Assembly: GCA_963824385.1 (NCBI GenBank)
Contig: CAWGPD010000004.1
Coordinates: 96,001-160,000 of the forward strand
Direction of reading: 5' to 3'
DNA length: 64,000 nt
DNA from: an uncultured Nitrososphaerota archaeon
GTDB taxonomy: Archaea; Thermoproteota; Nitrososphaeria; Nitrososphaerales; Nitrosopumilaceae
Below the pieces are notes generated by a model. That model searched no databases. It saw nothing but the letters and a program-made list of their open reading frames with translations, and was not told the origin of the DNA. The position numbers were made by a program, and so were the translations under genes. Of the stretch, positions 40,861-52,193 are shown piece by piece; positions within the stretch are counted from its first letter, which is position 1; each line of letters begins with the position of its first letter.

Positions 40861-41677
40861 CTAGTTACGAGTCAGAGTATTCAAGACTGCAAGAGTTCCA
40901 AGAATGGCCTCTTCCAGTCTGACAGTTTCTGTTGCTTGGTCTGGAAAGAAATTCAACACTTGCGATCTTGGGATATTGCCAATATTTTTTCCCAAGATTC
41001 TCATGAACCCCTTTTTTGGGAGAACCAAAAACAATCAAGACGTTTTCGTGAGAGATTTCGTCAAAATATTTTTGAGTTTTATGTATGATTTTGCCTTTTC
41101 TTGATGTAAGTATAACAGGTGAACCCCAAGTGCTAAGAAAATTAGCAAGATTGGATATCTCTTTTACATCATAGCCCCAATACTGTGAAATCTCTTCTTT
41201 TCCAATCTGTTTTATGGAAAATTTTGGATACCCTTCCTTGAATTGAACTATAATCCTCTTTCCTTCTTCGTCTTTGCCATAATATGGGATTAATTCTTCA
41301 AAACCAACGTTTACAAATTTTCCTCCTCTTGAATATACAACAACACCATCTCTGATATCTCGTGCTTTGACTTTTTTTGGATCAGTTGTTTGTACATGGG
41401 ATGGAATCTTGAGCGGGCTAAGACTGCCAGCAAATTGCAGGTCACTGCTCATAGGGTAAAGCATTCTGCGAAGATATTGTGGTGTTTCAAGGTAACGAAG
41501 TATAGTTCTAAGTAATGATCTATCTCTGTCAGAGCCGCTAGATTCTTTGTAGATGTAAATTTCGTTTACATGAAATATTGAACAAGCCCTTGCAATCTGA
41601 GATATCTTCATTGCTTTGTCAAGAGGAGTGGGCTCTTCAGATAGTGACGAATCAGGAAGCGCTATTGAAATTTTCAA
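40861..41677 (-). CDS. SPOUT RNA methyltransferase (DUF171 type); frameshift near 40995
   Basis: IARACSIF.V.EI, YLETPQYLR, VFGSP; C-terminal PDQATETVRLEEAI in the shifted frame. Confidence 0.9.
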
Positions 41678-41715
41678 TGTGTACTCTAGATCGTTGCGTT
41701 ATAAAATATTAGGTG

Positions 41716-42453
41716 CTACTTTGGTCTCTTGGCGATATTGTCTTTTGCCTTGGAAGCAAATTGTTCAATATCTTTCTCAGATGTTCTTGTTAGCATTTTT
41801 GTAGCAGTGGGAATTTGAGCCATCTTGATGTGTTTTACACCTTCTTTTTCTTCGCTTACTAGATAGATTGATTCTATTGCCATGGCTGCTGCTTCTTCAA
41901 CTGACATGTCTTTCTTGTAATTCTTTTCTAGAAATTCGGTAACTTGATCTGCACCTGCACCAATTGCTACTGCATCATATGAGATGTATGTGCCACTGGG
42001 GTCAGTAAGATATATCGTGCTACCACTTTTGTCAATTCCTGCAATTATGAGTGCGACACCAAATGGTCTGACACCTGCATATTGAGTATATTGCTGTGCT
42101 TGATCTGCCAAGTGTTTTGCAACTGCTTCTACTTCAATTGGTTCGTCATATATCATTCTGTTACTCTGTGAAAAGAATCTGGCATTGTCAACTTGTGATC
42201 TTGCATCTGGAATGTAGCCTGCTGCTGCAACTCCAATGTGATCATCTACTTGGAATATTTTTTGAGTGATATCAGAATTTTGTAATTTTCGTGGTTTTTC
42301 TTCTACTGCAAGTATGATTCCATCTTTGCTCTTGACACCTATTGCAAGAGTGCCTCTTCGTACTGTCTCTATTGCATATTCAACTTGATAAAGTCTACCA
42401 TCAGGCGAAAAGACTGTAATTGCTCTATCATAACCCGCAGCTGCTGGAAGCAT
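41716..42453 (-). CDS. psmA: Proteasome subunit alpha
   Basis: YDRAITVFSPDGRLYQVEYA, RPFGV, TDPSG. Confidence 0.97.
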   Translation of the reverse strand: MLPAAAGYDRAITVFSPDGRLYQVEYAIETVRRGTLAIGVKSKDGIILAVEEKPRKLQNSDITQKIFQVDDHIGVAAAGYIPDARSQVDNARFFSQSNRMIYDEPIEVEAVAKHLADQAQQYTQYAGVRPFGVALIIAGIDKSGSTIYLTDPSGTYISYDAVAIGAGADQVTEFLEKNYKKDMSVEEAAAMAIESIYLVSEEKEGVKHIKMAQIPTATKMLTRTSEKDIEQFASKAKDNIAKRPK

Positions 42454-42504
42454 TTCAAATTTCATCCTTTGAAGGTTTAATTTAAGTTTATACAACTTGA
42501 GAAC

Positions 42505-42921
42505 ATGCGTTTTGAGATCTCATTTCGCGGTCACAAAAATGTAAGATCACTTCATCCAAAATCAATTGAGATAACAACTCAATCAGAACTTACAGTAAAT
42601 GGAGATTGCATAGTAGGTGTTAGTGCATCGTGCGGTTGCCTTGGAATTCCAGATGAAATGAAAACAATGTTGAAAAAACCTCAATCAGAGGTTACATGTA
42701 CTATACTAGTTGGAGACTTTTCATTCAAAGTAAAAGGTAGAGGCAGCGAAAAACTTAGTTTGACAAACCCGCATGATATTGTGATTAGAAAAAGCAATTT
42801 CACATGCCCGAGAACTTTGTCAATTGGATGCGATACTGCATCAGATTCAATTCCACGACAAATAGTAGATGCTTTACAAAATCCTGATACTGTTGGAATT
42901 TTCAGAATAGAAATAAAATAA
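42505..42921 (+). CDS. DUF371 family protein
   Basis: GHKNV...H..SIEIT, GDCIVGV, VIRKS.F.CPRT. Confidence 0.88.
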   Translation: MRFEISFRGHKNVRSLHPKSIEITTQSELTVNGDCIVGVSASCGCLGIPDEMKTMLKKPQSEVTCTILVGDFSFKVKGRGSEKLSLTNPHDIVIRKSNFTCPRTLSIGCDTASDSIPRQIVDALQNPDTVGIFRIEIK

Positions 42922-42926
42922 AAAAT

Positions 42927-43463
42927 TTATTTCTGAAGATGTAGTGAAGAGTTACTTTCAAACACCTTAGTCATTGCGCGATTAACTATTTCCATCACAA
43001 CATGTTCTTCATAATTTGATTCTAGAGAAGTATTTTTTGGACTTTTTTTCTTTATTTTAGAACCTACATTTTCAGAGATGTTTTTCATAACCTTCTCCAA
43101 TTTTACAGATGTTTCTGTAATCATCTTTGAGAATTCAGTTTCAAAGTTGGCTGGAAGTTTGTTGCCCATCAATCTAACTGATGTTCCATAATATTTTAGA
43201 ACAGCACCTCGCACTTCTTCCATTTTTACAATTTCAATTAGCCCTGCATTTTTTAAAACATCGATATGATGTCTTATTGTAGTGGTTGCTTTTTTGTATC
43301 CCATTTTGTTTAATTCTTCTACGATTTGTTCTGTTGGAAGTTGCTTGTGGTATAGAATCTGGAGAATTTTAATTCGCGCAGTATCATCAAGTGCTTTTGC
43401 TTGGTCTGCATTAGTAGTGAGTATCTTGTTTATTTTTAGTTCTTTTTGTAATAGTGTGGACAT
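42927..43463 (-). CDS. ArsR-type wHTH transcriptional regulator
   Basis: KALDDTARIKIL, TTIRHHIDVLKNAGLI. Confidence 0.85.
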   Translation of the reverse strand: MSTLLQKELKINKILTTNADQAKALDDTARIKILQILYHKQLPTEQIVEELNKMGYKKATTTIRHHIDVLKNAGLIEIVKMEEVRGAVLKYYGTSVRLMGNKLPANFETEFSKMITETSVKLEKVMKNISENVGSKIKKKSPKNTSLESNYEEHVVMEIVNRAMTKVFESNSSLHLQK

Positions 43464-43800
43464 ATTCTGACTTCATCTTTTCTAGTAATCCTAAAAGATC
43501 AAGAGATCATATTTTTTTGTCTATTACGTAATTTTATTTTATGTTCCATGTTTGATCAATCCGTCGGAATATTTCTAGTCACAATACAATACACGACAGA
43601 ACATACCGATGCACATCATAGCGCAAGTATCAAATCAATAACAGTTGTACCAATATCATACCGTTATCATCATTATTGTACCGGTACAAAAAATACTAAA
43701 AATTTTAAAAAAAGATAAAATTTGGAAAAAATGTTTCCCCTGTGGGTCAAATGTGCGACAGGAAGGAAGAATGTAGAAGAGCTTGAATTTAAAATTCGAG

Positions 43801-44640
43801 TTAAAACTTGATTCCAGTTATCTTTTCATACGCTATAATGTATCTTGACGACAATTCGTTGCACAATGCATCAGACAATTGTGGTGCAATAGGTTCTTTT
43901 CCCTCGTTTCTATCGTCTTCAAACTTTTTTTGATATCCGTTTGCTGCAAGCCAGTCACGTAAGAGTTGCTTGTCAAAACTTTCTTGAATCTTTCCAACAC
44001 AGTAAGACTCCTTTGGCCAGAGGCGGTATTCATCAGGTCCAATAGAGTCACCAAGTACAATATCATCCCCTATCTTCCCAAATTCTAATTTCAAGTCAGC
44101 CAGTACAAATCCTGCTGCATCAGCTGCCTTGAACATTTGTTGATAAATCTCAAGGGATGTCTTTTCAAGCCATTCAAATTCATTTTTAGTTACAAGGCCC
44201 TTGTCAATTGCATCTTGTTTTGATATTGGAACATCATGGGTTTCAGATTTTGTGGTAGGATCAAATATTGGAAGTGGTAGTTTTGCGGCAAGTTCTGGAA
44301 TTGAGCCATCTGGTAACTTGGCCTTACCATCTTTCCATCTGTGTACAAGACTTCCATAAAAATACCCCCTAACAACACATTCAATTGGAATCATTTGCAT
44401 TTTTTTAACAACAATTTTGTCATTGCCCTCTGTTCTGACATAGTGGTTTTTGATGGGTAGTTTTTTGAACCAGAATTCAGCAAACCTGCACAGCACCTCA
44501 CCTTTTTTAGGAATTGGAGTTGGAAATTTTACATCAAATGCAGATACCCTGTCTGAGAAATGAAATAAGATATTCCCATCAGGAAGCTCGTAAATGTCCT
44601 TTACCTTGCCTGAGCGTAAAAACTTCAAACAGGCGGTCAT
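43801..44640 (-). CDS. purC: SAICAR synthase
   Basis: SGKVKDIY, SDRVSAFD, DLKLEFG, SFDKQ. Confidence 0.96.
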   Translation of the reverse strand: MTACLKFLRSGKVKDIYELPDGNILFHFSDRVSAFDVKFPTPIPKKGEVLCRFAEFWFKKLPIKNHYVRTEGNDKIVVKKMQMIPIECVVRGYFYGSLVHRWKDGKAKLPDGSIPELAAKLPLPIFDPTTKSETHDVPISKQDAIDKGLVTKNEFEWLEKTSLEIYQQMFKAADAAGFVLADLKLEFGKIGDDIVLGDSIGPDEYRLWPKESYCVGKIQESFDKQLLRDWLAANGYQKKFEDDRNEGKEPIAPQLSDALCNELSSRYIIAYEKITGIKF

Positions 44641-44694
44641 TGAACTGGCTTGGATTTAAACTGATATACCGTTTAGAGTTTAGATAGAAATTAC

Positions 44695-44940
44695 TCATTT
44701 AGTAGGTTTGCCAGCAAGTGCAGGCAGAGTAGTAGTTGAGAGAACATTTGGCACAAGACGGATTTTTTTGGTAACTATTTTATCAAGTTCTGCTCTTGTA
44801 TTGGCTTGAACTTTGACAAATATATCATACTGGCCAAATGTTCCTGTGGCTTCCTTTACTCCATCAATTTTGAGAATATCATTCATGACATCCATCTCAT
44901 GTCCCATCTTGCTTTTTACCAAGACAAATGATAGTTCCAT
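44695..44940 (-). CDS. Stand-alone Lrp/AsnC ligand-binding domain protein
   Basis: MELSFVLV...TFGQYDIFVKV...IR.VPNVLSTTTL. Confidence 0.88.
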   Translation of the reverse strand: MELSFVLVKSKMGHEMDVMNDILKIDGVKEATGTFGQYDIFVKVQANTRAELDKIVTKKIRLVPNVLSTTTLPALAGKPTK

Positions 44941-44941
44941 A

Positions 44942-46377
44942 TTATTCCCCTTTGATTTCTGCCCGGGTTTTAAACATAGGCTTGATTCCCAGTGTGGAAT
45001 AATCTCCGCTTGAACATGTAAAACACATAGAGTCATGCTCCATTCCAACTGCAGCCGCCAAGTTCTTTGCATCATTATACCCAAGAAAGTCAGCCCCAAT
45101 GAGTTGTCTTACTTTTTCTGTAATCTCATCTTCTGTGTATTTCTTGCCGTCTCCCATGAATGTCACAAGTTCGTCTTGTGAGGGAAAGTCAATTCCCGCA
45201 TAACAAGGGAATTGAATTTGTGGAAATGTAATTACCATGCTTATCTTTTTTGCACCAGCTCTCGCAATGCCTTGATGATTGCCTTTGAGCTGGTTCCTCT
45301 AACAAGGCTGTCATCTACAACAACCACATGTTTTCCAGAAATTACTTGGGTGATTGGAATTATCCATCGGTTTATCTCTACTCGGTCTGCTTGATGTGGT
45401 TCAATGAAACTGCGCAGGGGTCCTTTTCTACTGTATCTATCCTTGAGTAGCCCTTCTTCAAATGGAACCCCAAGCTCTTGGGCATACCCCAAGGCAGCAG
45501 GTCTTGCAGAATCTGGAACTGGAATTACAATGTCAGCATCTTTTATTGCAAACTTGCGGGCAAGAAATTGTCCAATTCTTTTTCGTGCCAAGTAAATGTT
45601 AGAGCCCTCCATCACACTTGATGGATGTGCAAAATAAGTAAATTCAAAAGAGCAGTGAGCTGGCTTTTTTACTTCGGAAAACATTTCGGATTCCATTCCA
45701 GCATTACTAATCTTGATTAGTTCTCCAGGTTTTACATCTCGGACAAGTTGTGCCCCCACTGCAGAAAGTGCAGCCGACTCGGAAGCAACAATGTAAGTGT
45801 TATTGTCTTTTCTATAACCAAGAACCATTGGTCGAAAACCTTTTGGATCACGTGCTGCATAAATTGCATTATCGTCAGATACAAATGTAAAGCAAAACGA
45901 GCCAACCATTTCATTTTTCAAAATAGATAATGCATTTCCAAGTTTTCCATTATCGGCCATCAATGTAACAAGCCTCTGAGCAGCAACAAGTGTATCACTT
46001 ACATTTTGTGGAGTAAATGTACACCCACCAACCATTCCAGTTAGTTCCTCTACATTTGATATTGTGCCATTATGAGCAATGCATAGATCCTTTACTTTAA
46101 GCGGTTGTGCGTTTTCGAGGTTACTTTTACCCATAGTAGAATACCTGACATGTCCTATTGCCGCAGGAGATATGTAATCACGTGTAAGTTTATCAAATTC
46201 AGTTATGGCTGAAGATACAAGCCCCAGTTGTTTGTATGGCTGTTTCTTTGGTATTGCAACCCCCCATGCTTCTTGACCTCTATGCTGAAGTGCCCTTAGT
46301 GAATCAATTATCATCGGAATTACGTTTGCGCCATCCAAGCTAAAAATTCCAACTACTCCACAGTTTTCTTTAACCAT
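44942..46377 (-). CDS. purF: Amidophosphoribosyltransferase; frameshift near 45255
   Basis: ENCGVVG, LQHRGQE, GHVRYST, VVVDDSLVRG; the C-terminal PCYAGID ORF joins by one indel. Confidence 0.95.
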
Positions 46378-48535
46378 GTGTTACAAGCGCCTCCAACGAG
46401 TTTAACCATTTTTCTTGTGCTTTATCAACCCTTATGCAAGTAACAATTTTTGATTTTTCTTTGAATGTCATACTTTTACCAGAAAAATTACCAATACGTG
46501 CATGTGTTATTCCTTTTTTTTCAAGAAGTGACATTACTTTCTTTTCATCTTGTTTGGATATTACAAGTAAAAATCTAGAGTGGGATTCAGAGAACAATAG
46601 CTCGTCTAGTCGTAATTTATCTGATGGAATTTTTTCAATAGATATCAAACATCCAATTTCATTTGAGATGCATAGTTTTGATATTCCTACTCCAAGTCCT
46701 CCCTTGGAACAATCATGTGCAATTTTTACAATACCCTGGTGTATTAGTTCCAAGACAGCATCTTGAATTTTCTTGGACGATTTCATATCAACCACAGGAC
46801 ACTTTCCACCAATTACTCCATGTATGTATTCATAATATTCAGAACCGCCAAGTTCGTCTTTTGTCACACCCAAAATTATCAAAAGATCACCATTTTCAAT
46901 TTTCTTTGGAATCAAAGGTTTTCCTTCATTTAGGCCAAGAACTCCAATAAGCGGAGTTGGCTTGATTGGTCCCTCATCAGTCTCATTGTATAGACTCACT
47001 TTGCCTCCAACACAAGGAATTTCAAAATATTTTGCATAATCAGTTATAGCCAGAACTGATTCCTTGAATGTCCAAAATATTTCAGGATCTTCTGGATTTC
47101 CAAACTGGAGATGATCAACCATTCCAATAGGTTTTGCTCCAGTACAGATTACATTTCTACAGGCCTCATCAAAGCATCCAATCACACCCTCCCTCGGATT
47201 TATGTAACAGTGCTTTGAATTTCCATCAATTTTTACAGATAGGAACTTGCCGTTGTCTAGTCGAAGAGAGGCACCATCGCTGCCAGGTTTTACAACTGTT
47301 CGTATACCTACCTCATGGTCATATTGAGTATAGACCCAGTGTTTGCTTGCAATGTTGGGATTTGAGAGCATCTTCAAAAGTGTCTTTGAGATATCAGTTG
47401 GCATTTTGGGTTTTTTGACTTGTCCAAGTGCACTTAGATATTTTGGTTTAGATGATGGCCTGTCAAGAAGTGGTGCATTTGCAACAATTTGACTTGGAAG
47501 TTTTGCAATGGTATCTTTGTCTAGTTTTACTTGCATGATCTTGTCTTCATGAACTCTTCCAATAACAGAATATGGCACTCGGAATTTTTCACATATTTTT
47601 TTAAGCGTTGCAAGTTTTGCAAGATCAGTGATAACAAGCATCCTTTCCTGGGATTCAGATACCATCAGTTCAGATGGCGACATGTTTTGTTCCCTCTTGT
47701 GAACAAGTGACAAGTCAATCTCAATTCCTACACCAAGTGCATCCGCAGTTTCAGATATTGCACATGATAAACCTCCTCCTCCGAGGTCTTTCATTGCCTT
47801 GATGCATTTTTGATTCCTTGCCTCCAAAATTACTTCGATTACTAGTTTTTCAATAAAAGGATCTGGTATCTGCACCGCTGAGCGATTCTCTGCATCAAGA
47901 CTATCAGAGGCAAACTGGGAGCCACCAATTCCATCTCGTCCAGTAGAGCCCCCAATTAGAACAACATAGTCTCCCTTTTGAGCCCTATTTTTTATGAGAT
48001 TTTCTTTTTTGCCAAACCCAATTGCTGCTACATCCACTAGAGCATAATTTGTAAAACACTTGTCAAATTCTATCTCGCCACCTACTGTTGGAATGCCAAG
48101 ACAGTTACCATAATCTGCAATTCCCCTTACAGCATTTTTGAATAGCCATCTTGCATGAGTATCTTTTTCGATATTTCCAAATCGCAGTCCATCCAAAATT
48201 GCAATTGGTCGAGTTCCTGCAGATAGTATATCACGAATTACTCCACCAACACCAGTTGCAGCTCCACCATATGGTTCCACTGCAGATGGGTGATTATGAC
48301 TTTCAATATGCACAGTAACAATATATCCATCTCCTACATCCAAAACACCCGAATCATATCCAGGACCAGATATGACACGTTTTCCTTCCTTTGGCAAGAT
48401 CTTGAGATGTTTTTTTGAGGACTTGTAGGAGCAGTGCTCAGACCATTCAGCTGCTACAATCTGAAATTCCAAGGGGTTTGGCTTTCGGCCTATCTTTTCT
48501 TCAAGATATTGAGACTCTTGTGGAGTCAGACTCAT
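46370..48535 (-). CDS. purL: FGAM synthase subunit PurL
   Basis: WSEHCSYKSS, ESHNHPS, SESQERM, GGKVSLYNE. Confidence 0.97.
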   Translation of the reverse strand: MSLTPQESQYLEEKIGRKPNPLEFQIVAAEWSEHCSYKSSKKHLKILPKEGKRVISGPGYDSGVLDVGDGYIVTVHIESHNHPSAVEPYGGAATGVGGVIRDILSAGTRPIAILDGLRFGNIEKDTHARWLFKNAVRGIADYGNCLGIPTVGGEIEFDKCFTNYALVDVAAIGFGKKENLIKNRAQKGDYVVLIGGSTGRDGIGGSQFASDSLDAENRSAVQIPDPFIEKLVIEVILEARNQKCIKAMKDLGGGGLSCAISETADALGVGIEIDLSLVHKREQNMSPSELMVSESQERMLVITDLAKLATLKKICEKFRVPYSVIGRVHEDKIMQVKLDKDTIAKLPSQIVANAPLLDRPSSKPKYLSALGQVKKPKMPTDISKTLLKMLSNPNIASKHWVYTQYDHEVGIRTVVKPGSDGASLRLDNGKFLSVKIDGNSKHCYINPREGVIGCFDEACRNVICTGAKPIGMVDHLQFGNPEDPEIFWTFKESVLAITDYAKYFEIPCVGGKVSLYNETDEGPIKPTPLIGVLGLNEGKPLIPKKIENGDLLIILGVTKDELGGSEYYEYIHGVIGGKCPVVDMKSSKKIQDAVLELIHQGIVKIAHDCSKGGLGVGISKLCISNEIGCLISIEKIPSDKLRLDELLFSESHSRFLLVISKQDEKKVMSLLEKKGITHARIGNFSGKSMTFKEKSKIVTCIRVDKAQEKWLNSLEALVTHG

Positions 48536-49221
48536 GCTACTACGCCCAATGTGTTTAGAAGCGATTCAAAGATTAATGATGCAGGCTTTGCGTTTTTTGG
48601 ATTTATAATTTGTTCAGCAGACCTTTCAGGATGTGGCATCATACCAACCACATTTCCTGCCTTGTTACATATTCCAGCTATGTCAAGAGATGCGCCGTTA
48701 ACGTCTTCGGCATAAGTAAAGACAATTTGATTATTTTTCTTTAAAGATTTCAGAGTTGCATCATCTGCATAGTATCTTCCCTCCCCATTTGCTATGGCAA
48801 TAGGGATTCGCTGATTTAGTTTGAATTTGTTTGTAAATGGAGTCGTATTGTTTTTTACAATTATCTCAGTCCACTTGCACATAAAATTAAGAGAGGTATT
48901 TTTGAGAAGAGCTCCTGGTAGAAGACCAGATTCTACTAGTATCTGAAAACCATTACACACGCCAAGAACAGGCATGCCTTTCTCTGCCATCTTTTTGACA
49001 TCTTTTATGACAGGGCTATGAGCTGCAATTACCCCTGCTCGTAGTCTATCGCCATACGAGAACCCACCTGGTAATACAATAGCATCAATGTTCTTTGGCA
49101 ACTCATCAGTATGCCATACAAGTTGTGATTGAAGATGAAAAACATCTGTTAGAACATGGTGCATATCTCGATCGCAATTACTACCAGGGAAGACTATTAC
49201 TGCAACCTTCACATCCTTCAT
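48532..49221 (-). CDS. purQ: FGAM synthase glutaminase subunit
   Basis: FPGSNCD, GGFSYGD, GVCNGFQ, MMPHPER. Confidence 0.97.
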   Translation of the reverse strand: MKDVKVAVIVFPGSNCDRDMHHVLTDVFHLQSQLVWHTDELPKNIDAIVLPGGFSYGDRLRAGVIAAHSPVIKDVKKMAEKGMPVLGVCNGFQILVESGLLPGALLKNTSLNFMCKWTEIIVKNNTTPFTNKFKLNQRIPIAIANGEGRYYADDATLKSLKKNNQIVFTYAEDVNGASLDIAGICNKAGNVVGMMPHPERSAEQIINPKNAKPASLIFESLLNTLGVVA

Positions 49222-49383
49222 TATCTTTTAGAGATATTAAATTGAATCGGCAATAATTTTTTTAAAACTAATTTGCGATTATATCATCCTACAGACTGGT
49301 TGATCGCATATTTGATGCAGCGATCATGTCTGGATGTATTTGCGTCCTTATCGTTTTATTACAGCAATAGTTCCCAAGAACAG

Positions 49384-49983
49384 ATGTTAAAGTTAGGAAC
49401 TCCGCCTCCTGTTACCACATCTCTTGTAATCATAAATACAGCAATTTTTGCATACGGAGTTCTAAGTAATACCCAGAATGCAATAATTTCCAATTATGGG
49501 TTTGTTCCAAATGGCTTGTTCAAGGATGGCTATCTCCTGGATGGCATTTTGAGAATGTTTACATCAATGTTCATCCATGCAGGAATTGCCCATATTGCAT
49601 TTAACCTGTTTGCACTGGCATACATGGGAGGATATGGAGAGAGGTCAATAGGCAAACGAAAGTTTATCTCAATTTACATAATTGCAGGACTTGGCGGAGC
49701 ACTATTTCATGGAGTTATTGCGTCATACATACTAGGAAACGGAGATTCTGTACTCATTGGGGCATCAGGTGCAATCTCTGGCGTTCTTGGAATCTCAGCA
49801 GCGATGGGAGATATCAGAGGATATTACTGGCTTGCAATCCAAGTGCTTTACGTATTCATCGGTTCTGTCACATCACTTACTATAGCATTTGCAGCTCATG
49901 TTGGTGGATTTATTGTAGGACTTGTACTGACAAAATTACTCATCAACCTTGAACGTCGCAAGAGAAACTTGTACAGAATTTGA
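49384..49983 (+). CDS. Rhomboid intramembrane serine protease
   Basis: H...HIAFN, GASG, AHVGG; frame is open from 49273, so the start is uncertain. Confidence 0.9.
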   Translation: MLKLGTPPPVTTSLVIINTAIFAYGVLSNTQNAIISNYGFVPNGLFKDGYLLDGILRMFTSMFIHAGIAHIAFNLFALAYMGGYGERSIGKRKFISIYIIAGLGGALFHGVIASYILGNGDSVLIGASGAISGVLGISAAMGDIRGYYWLAIQVLYVFIGSVTSLTIAFAAHVGGFIVGLVLTKLLINLERRKRNLYRI

Positions 49984-50122
49984 GTTGATTTAATTTTCTA
50001 GTTTTTTATCAAATTATAGAATAAAATTAAAAAAAATACAAATCTTGTAAAAGACACTTTCATTTGGTTTTATTTTAGAAAGGTAGAATCGTTTTTATGC
50101 TAATATTTGGAGCTGCTCAGCT

Positions 50123-50563
50123 ATGGGACTAGTTCGCGATATAATGATTCGCTCGGTAATAACTATAGACCATGACAAGACTGCAAAAGATGTTGCATTG
50201 CTTTTTGCAGAAAAGGCAATAAGTTCCCTTGTCGTTGTAAAGGACGACAAGCCAATTGGACTTGTAACCGAAAGAGATCTTGCCCGCAAAGTCTCAACAA
50301 CTGATAGAAAAAGCATCGAAGTTCCCCTATCAGAGATAATGTCGGCCAACTTTAGATGGGTAGAGCCAATGACTCCAATAGAGGACGCGGTTCAAAAGAT
50401 GCTAAACAAGAATGTCCGAAGATTGCTGGTATTAGAAAACGACAAGCTAGTAGGAATTATAACAGAGACTGACCTTGCAAAATACTTGCGTAGTAAGTTG
50501 TTAATCGAGGGGGCAGTAGATGATGTCACGGCTCTTAACAGAAAAGTAGTAAAAACAGGTTAG
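50123..50563 (+). CDS. CBS-domain pair protein
   Basis: IGLVTERD and VGIITETD. Confidence 0.92.
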   Translation: MGLVRDIMIRSVITIDHDKTAKDVALLFAEKAISSLVVVKDDKPIGLVTERDLARKVSTTDRKSIEVPLSEIMSANFRWVEPMTPIEDAVQKMLNKNVRRLLVLENDKLVGIITETDLAKYLRSKLLIEGAVDDVTALNRKVVKTG

Positions 50564-50820
50564 ACTTTTAGAGTCTCAACTGAGACCTTGCTCACAAGTG
50601 GATTGTATATTCTAAATTCATTGCATGCATCCAAGACAGATTTTTCGGCAGATTCCTTGCTTTTTGCATCAATTACAAATCGAAGCATCTTGGCAGAACG
50701 GACCTTTTTGATAGTTGTTTTTTTGTCCTTTAAAATCAGGTCGTTTAAAATTGTATCACCCTCAGGGTCTACAATTTCAGGCTTATTTTCAATTATTACA
50801 TTGACTTTAAAGGAAGGCAT
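50560..50820 (-). CDS. purS: FGAM synthase subunit PurS
   Basis: KPEIVDPEG, YNPL. Confidence 0.9.
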   Translation of the reverse strand: MPSFKVNVIIENKPEIVDPEGDTILNDLILKDKKTTIKKVRSAKMLRFVIDAKSKESAEKSVLDACNEFRIYNPLVSKVSVETLKV

Positions 50821-50868
50821 AAAATGCGTTCAGCTATAATCAATTTAAGCTTTGAGAAGTCTGTGAAA

Positions 50869-51714
50869 ATGAAACCAATTTTTGATCCAATCCAATACAA
50901 AATTACTACCAAGGCAAACTGGAATACAGTAGCTCCCGAGTATCATTACAATTGGGCAGACCAAAAAATAGGACCATTCAAGTCTACTACAGAACTTGTA
51001 AAGATATCTGACATCAGACCTGATGACAAGGTATTGGATGTTGCATGTGGAACAGGTGTTGTTTCAAAAGAAATTTCACGGTGTCTAGGTCCAAAAGGCC
51101 TCTTGGTAGGAATTGATCTGTCAAGAACTGCGTTAAAGATAGCCAAGGGAACAATTACTTTCCCTAACACAAATTTTTTAGAAATGGATGCAGAAAATAT
51201 GGGATTTAATTTCAAGTTTGATAAAATCACATGCCAGTACGGGATAATGTTTTTCCCAGATTCGCACAAAGTTTTCAAGTCAATTAAAAAAATTCTAAAC
51301 CACAAAGGCATGCTGGTAGTTGCAGTGCACGGGCTGGCAGAAGACGTACCATATTTTAGTACTATAATGAAGCCCGTCCTAGAACACATTCCAGACATCA
51401 GACCTGATGGAACACCAACTGTGCACAGGTTTGGCAACCCCAAAGATTTGGAGTCAGAGTTGACAAAGGCAGGTTTTGTAAATATCAAAGTTGCAAGACA
51501 TGAATTTGTCTACAACCCAGGAACCTTTGAAGAATATTGGGAGGACTATATGCGGTCTACTGCAAACTCAATTAGAGCCAAGTTAGAAAGCCATGGAAAA
51601 GAAATCATGAATGAAATAAAACAAGATGCCAAAAATAATGCCTCAAAATATGAGAAGAATGGTAAGTTGGCATTTCCTTGGACTATACTGATTGCGTCAG
51701 GGTTTAATGACTAG
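50869..51714 (+). CDS. Class I SAM-dependent methyltransferase
   Basis: VLDVACGTG, GIDLS, MDAE, FD...CQYGIMFFPD. Confidence 0.9.
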   Translation: MKPIFDPIQYKITTKANWNTVAPEYHYNWADQKIGPFKSTTELVKISDIRPDDKVLDVACGTGVVSKEISRCLGPKGLLVGIDLSRTALKIAKGTITFPNTNFLEMDAENMGFNFKFDKITCQYGIMFFPDSHKVFKSIKKILNHKGMLVVAVHGLAEDVPYFSTIMKPVLEHIPDIRPDGTPTVHRFGNPKDLESELTKAGFVNIKVARHEFVYNPGTFEEYWEDYMRSTANSIRAKLESHGKEIMNEIKQDAKNNASKYEKNGKLAFPWTILIASGFND

Positions 51715-51717
51715 ACA

Positions 51718-52179
51718 TCATTTGATTTTTTTAGCATACGATACAAAATCAGATTCATACCAGATTGTCTGGGCCTCTTTTGCATTGTCTGTAAATATGT
51801 TAAATGCAATATGGGTAAAATTTTTGCCTTGCAGAGCACCATGCCAATGAAGAACATTTTTTGGAATAAACGCAACATCCCCCTCTTCGAGGTTTTCCTG
51901 AGATGATTTTTGTATCCTTACAGTCTCTTTTTTGATACTTGTTTTTTTGTAAATTACAAGCATTCCTTTGCCTTTTGTTACCACAAGAACCTGTCCGCCC
52001 TGATGATAATGTACCTTGGTTCTTGCACCATTATTAAAATTTGCAAGATAGACTTTTTCTCCTTTAATTTTTAGTTTAACAGAAATATCATTCAGCCACG
52101 CATTACCTACAAAATATCTTTTTTTGCTTTTGACAAGTGCTTTGTCAGATTTTAATTTGGAGATATTTAGTTTTGTCAT
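51718..52179 (-). CDS. Cupin-domain protein
   Basis: HYHQGGQVL..TKGKG, GD...IP...HWHGA. Confidence 0.88.
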   Translation of the reverse strand: MTKLNISKLKSDKALVKSKKRYFVGNAWLNDISVKLKIKGEKVYLANFNNGARTKVHYHQGGQVLVVTKGKGMLVIYKKTSIKKETVRIQKSSQENLEEGDVAFIPKNVLHWHGALQGKNFTHIAFNIFTDNAKEAQTIWYESDFVSYAKKIK

Positions 52180-52193
52180 TTCTATCTAACTAC

